From assembly GCF_020745735.1 (NCBI RefSeq), contig NC_083401.1:129701740-129765739 (forward strand): a DNA stretch of 64,000 nt, in the 5' to 3' direction. Positions within the stretch are counted from its first letter, which is position 1; the number at the start of each line of letters is the position of its first letter. A program made the position numbers and the translations under genes. Positions 62,791-64,000 of this stretch are shown here, one piece after another. The DNA is from Hemiscyllium ocellatum (Eukaryota). Under the pieces are notes generated by a model. That model saw only the letters and a list, made by a program, of their open reading frames with translations. It was not told the DNA's origin and made no database searches.

Positions 62791-64000
62791 CCATTTACTA
62801 AACGTACAAGTTGTAATCTTTGTTATTGGTCTCAACATTGGTTTAATGTCAATTAATGCTTGCTTTGTATTCAGAATTAGTGACCATTTGCAGAAACACA
62901 CCTTATTACTATGCACTTATCTGCCCTGTGACTAGCTCAACTTCATATGTGACAACAGTTGAACAATGGCCTCTTATGGTTTGCTGGAAATCAATTATGT
63001 GCTGCCACATGTTTCCTCTACTTTAGAGGACTAAAGAATATACTTTCCCCTGGCAGCTGTCTCGGACCTTCTACCTGCCCTGGTGTTGCATAGACTGGAT
63101 CTGGCCACATTGCTACAGAATATTCCAAGTAGTTGGACTGTACTATATTATTCGGTCCTTCTGGAAAAAAAACTGTATGGAGAAACCCCTTTGTCATCAG
63201 GCAGTAATCAGCATATCATATCCTTAAGTGGTTCTGGAGACATTTGGCAGAATGCCTTACCACCAGAACTTTCAAACAAACTTGGCCAGTGGTGACAAGG
63301 GTGCACCCTGTCTTGATCTTTTTGTGTGTGAGATGCCTCTCTGATACCATAAATTTACCCTTGAACCAGCTGCAGTGGTAAAAAAAGAGCACCTGTCTCC
63401 CTTTGCCTAGAGGCAGGAGTTTTTGCTGTTGTTCACCCCTAACAGCATTGTGATGCAAGACTTTGTGCTGGACAAGCTACTCCCAGGGATGTGCACCAAG
63501 ACAAATGTCAGCTGTACCTGGAGGATTGTCACCCTGATTAAAGGCTCTATTTTGCCTGAAACGTTCTGGTCTTGCAGTATAAAGAGTTGTCCTTGACTGA
63601 GTGTTACAGGTTGGTACATTGCAAGGTACAGAACCATGTGCTAAGGAATGTATTAAAGCTTAGGGTAGCCACCTCAAAGATACAATTCAAATGTAAGCAG
63701 GCCAGTAGCTTAATTCCAGCTCCTTTATTATTGCTGCTTGGAAAGCAGGTTCAAGACTGGGTTGCTGGATCTCTGCTGATAAGTGAATTTGTTACAGAGA
63801 GTACTCTAGAAGGTCGGTTTTATGTATTGTGCTCAACTGTCCAATGGCTTCCTTCAAAACAGCTATCATCATTTGTAAAGATCAAAGGAAGTATCCTGAT
63901 ATTGTTTAAGGCAGAACACTCAGTAATCCAACAAACAATTGCAACCTTACAAGTACTGCACAGTCTAAGTTGTCCCACTCCCAACGTTTGCATAAAGGAC

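Noticed and set aside
1-64000. CRISPR arrays, operons, rRNA or other prokaryotic systems
   Set aside because: The sequence is spliced vertebrate genomic DNA; no regularly spaced repeat-spacer array or rRNA-like segment was seen.

Overview
Eukaryotic genomic DNA from a cartilaginous fish. HE1-type SINEs and CR1/HER1-type LINEs point to an elasmobranch; the species cannot be fixed from sequence alone. Two divergently transcribed, intron-containing genes can be assembled by hand with canonical GT-AG junctions and consistent phases: FAM47E-like on the minus strand (coding exons 1-4, ATG at 10398, continuing off the left edge) and SCARB2/LIMP-2 on the plus strand (coding exons 1-8, ATG at 23701, continuing off the right edge). 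This is the same head-to-head pair found at human 4q21. Most of the rest is decayed CR1 LINEs (one near full length at ~45430-50520), Penelope-like elements (PLEs), HE1 SINEs and older L2/LTR relics, and nearly all ORFs in the supplied track are fragments or antisense readings of these. Points of most interest: (1) minimal hammerhead-ribozyme motifs of three types at PLE 3' ends; (2) three ~200-bp fold-back PLE-terminus inserts with 12-14 bp target-site duplications whose symmetry centre falls on the hammerhead; (3) a young ~300-bp, ~96% identical inverted duplication bracketing SCARB2 exons 5-6, a candidate driver of back-splicing or skipping; (4) a forkhead + RFX X-box + CRE + ETS cluster just upstream of FAM47E, suggesting a motile-cilia/flagellar programme. 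Repeat boundaries are approximate and were read by eye.
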